A DNA stretch of 64,000 nucleotides. It comes from Malacoraja senta (Eukaryota). A program made the position numbers and the translations under genes. Shown here one piece after another: positions 61,588 through 64,000 of this stretch (positions within the stretch are counted from its first letter, which is position 1; every line of letters starts with the position of its first letter). Location of the stretch: assembly GCA_038087875.1 (NCBI GenBank), contig CM075995.1, forward strand, positions 2,792,001 through 2,856,000, in the 5' to 3' direction. Under the pieces are notes generated by a model. It had not been told where the DNA came from. It worked only from the letters and a program-made list of their open reading frames with translations, and did no database searches.

Positions 61588-62322
61588 TTAGATTAGATTA
61601 GATTCCTTTATTTGTCATTCAGACCTTTCGGTCTGAACGAAATTTCGTTACCTGCAGTCATACATATAATAATAAATAACAAAACACACAATAAACACAA
61701 ATTAACATCCACCACAGTGAGTTCACCAGGCACCTCCTCACTGTGATGGAGGCAAAAGTCTTAAAGTCTCTATCTCTTCCCTCTTTGTTCTCCCTCTGCG
61801 CTGAGGCGATCCAGGCTTCTGATGTTGTGACCCCGCCGGGTGATGGTAAGTCAATCCCACGGCTGAATCCATGCTCCGCGACAGGCCGGTTCAAACTCCG
61901 CGGCCCGGGGTGGTCGAAGCTGCCGAAGCTGCCGCCCTCCAGTCGAAGATCCCGACGATGTCGTCCACTGGGCGAGCCCCGGATTCAGGTCGCCACCAGT
62001 GTCTTTGGTCGCCACCGCCGGAACGCCGGAACGCCACCGCCGCCCCGATGTCGGCCAGCCTCGCGTTGGTAAGTCCTGGCTCTGCCTCCAGAGCCTCGTG
62101 GTCGGTCATAGTTGGAGGCCGCCAGCTCCGCCATTAGGCCTCAGAAAATGTCGCATTCCCCCGAAGGAAGAGACAAAAATCATGTTTTCACTCCCCCACA
62201 CACATACACAACCCAATAAACTAAAATTTAACTAAAACAGGACAAAAGAAAACAACAACAAAAAATAAGAACAGACGGACTGCAGGCGAGCCGCAGCTGT
62301 TCAACAGCGCCGCCACTTCCGG
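61588..62322 (-). mobile_element. GC-rich non-autonomous retroelement with a LINE-like 5' end and a 3' stem-loop
   Basis: 5' ccggaagtggcggcg; 3' hairpin ttcagacc-gaaa-ggtctgaa, aataaa, (aatct)n tail. Confidence 0.6.
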
Positions 62323-62325
62323 ATT

Positions 62326-64000
62326 CTGCTTGAAATGCTGTGAGATTGGTTTTGCTGCCTGCACTGCTTGAAGTGCTGTGACAATGGATTTGCTGACTGC
62401 ACTCTGCTTGAAGTGCTGTGAGATTGGATTTGCTGCCTGCACCTGCTTGAAGTGCTGTGAGATTGTATTTGCTGCCTGCATTCTGCTTGAAGTGCTGTGA
62501 GATTGGATTTGCTGCCTGCACACTGCTTGAAGTGCTGTGAGGTTGGATTTAATGCCTGCAGTCTGCTTGAAGTGCTGTGAGATTGGATTCGCTGCCTTCA
62601 CTCTGTTTGAAGTGCTGTGAGATTAGATTCACTGCCCGCACTCTGCTTGAAGTGCTGTGAGATTGGATTCGCTGCCTGCACCAATCAAATCTGCTTAACC
62701 TTACCCACTGCCTCGAGGATATAAAGTGTTGGATGGCCCAGAACTTCCTCCAACTAAACGAGAGTAAGTCTGAGGTCATCCTTCTCGGCCCCTCGGACTC
62801 AATCAAAATGATAGCAGGCAGCCTTGGAAGCTTACCCCACTACTCAAACCTCACGTCAAAAACCTTGGCGTGATATTTGACTCAGCACTGAAATTTGACA
62901 AACAAGTCAATGCCGTGATAAAAGCTAGCTTCTTTCAGCTTCGGACGATAGCTAAAATAAAACAATTCCTCCAGTTTGATGACCTCGAAAAGATCATCCA
63001 CACATTCATCTCCCGCCTAGATTACTGCAACTCCCTTTACACTGGCATCAGCCAATCTTCCCTGTCCCGCCTGCAAATGGTCCAAAACGCCGCAGCGAGA
63101 CTCTTGACGGGCACCCAAAAAAGGGACCACATCACCCCGATCCTGGCCTCTCTCCACTGGCTCCCTGTGCGGTTCCGTATAAACTTCAAGATCCTCCTCC
63201 ATGTCTACAAAGCCCTCAATGGGCTTGCCCCCACCTACATTAAAAGGCTTCTTACCCACCACTCCACTTCCAGGTCCCTCAGATCGGCCGACTTGGGGTT
63301 GCTGAATATCCCATGGTCTAGGCATAAGCTCAGGGGCGACCGCGCCTTTGCGGTTGCAACCCCTAGACTGTGGAACAGCATCCCCTTTTCCATCAGAACA
63401 GGCCCCTCCATCGACTCTTTTAAGTCAAGACTAAAAACGTATCTATACTCCCAAGCCTTTCCTGACGTCCTCTGAGTGAGGGCTACATGTATATATGTAT
63501 GTAGTTTGTTTTGTTTATGCTATTCTTATAACAAATGTAAAGCACTTTGGCCAACGAGAGTTGTTTTTTAAATGTGCTATATAAATAAATGTGACTTGAC
63601 TTGCACTGCTTGAAGTGCTGTGAGATTGGATTTGCTGCCTGCACTCTACTTGATGTGCTGTGACATTGGATTTGCTGCCTGCCCTCTGCTTGAAGTGCTG
63701 TGACATTGGATTTGCTGCCTGCACTCTACGTGATGTGCTGTGACACTGGATTTGCTGCCTGCACTCTGCTTGAAGTGCTGTGGCATTGGATTTGCTGCCT
63801 GCACTCTGCTTGAAGTGTTGTGATATTGGATTTGCTGCCTGCCCTCTGCTTGAATTGCTGTGGCATTGGATTTGCTGCCTGCACTCTGCTTGAAGTGCTG
63901 TTACATTGGATTTGCTGCCTGCACTCTGCTTGAGGTGCTGTGACATTGGATTTGCTACCTGCACTCTGCTTGAAGTGCTGTGACATTGGATTTGATGCCT
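62326..64000. repeat. 40-bp satellite (gctgcctgcactctgcttgaagtgctgtgasattggattt), split by L2 and running off the window
   Basis: Seen directly: period 40 at 63603-64000, 38-40 at 62326-62681. Confidence 0.95.
62682..63602 (+). mobile_element. L2 LINE 3' fragment, copy 2
   Basis: ORF 62870-63475 is nearly identical to 33204-33935; (tgact)n tail. Confidence 0.93.

Noticed and set aside
62221..63986. Repetitive QAANPISQHFKQ ORFs, or a CRISPR-like array
   Set aside because: Head-to-tail 40-bp satellite with no unique spacers and no cas genes, in a eukaryotic context.

Overview
Repeat-saturated vertebrate genomic DNA, almost certainly from a cartilaginous fish and probably a skate or ray. This is inferred from the repeat families: abundant CR1 LINEs, HE1/V-SINE-type tRNA SINEs, a Deu-domain SINE and Penelope-derived elements. 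No complete host gene is visible, so the window looks intronic or intergenic, with at most two small candidate exons and one promoter-like patch. The larger elements are a full-length Gypsy LTR retrotransposon (24722-29090), two complete-ended DIRS tyrosine-recombinase retrotransposons (18545-23266 on -, 35618-40376 on +), two near-identical L2 3' ends, an L1/Tx1-type 3' end, Penelope, Rex1 and CR1 fragments, non-autonomous DNA-transposon and Helitron-like elements, a 40-bp satellite and a 1.6-kb TG microsatellite. The most striking observation is two short TSD-flanked retroelements with different bodies (50765-51243 on -, 60594-60731 on +). In each, the first nucleotide is G1 of a complete HDV-like nested double-pseudoknot ribozyme whose core and numbering match the mammalian CPEB3 ribozyme. 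Many Penelope-derived repeats also carry minimal hammerhead-ribozyme cores.
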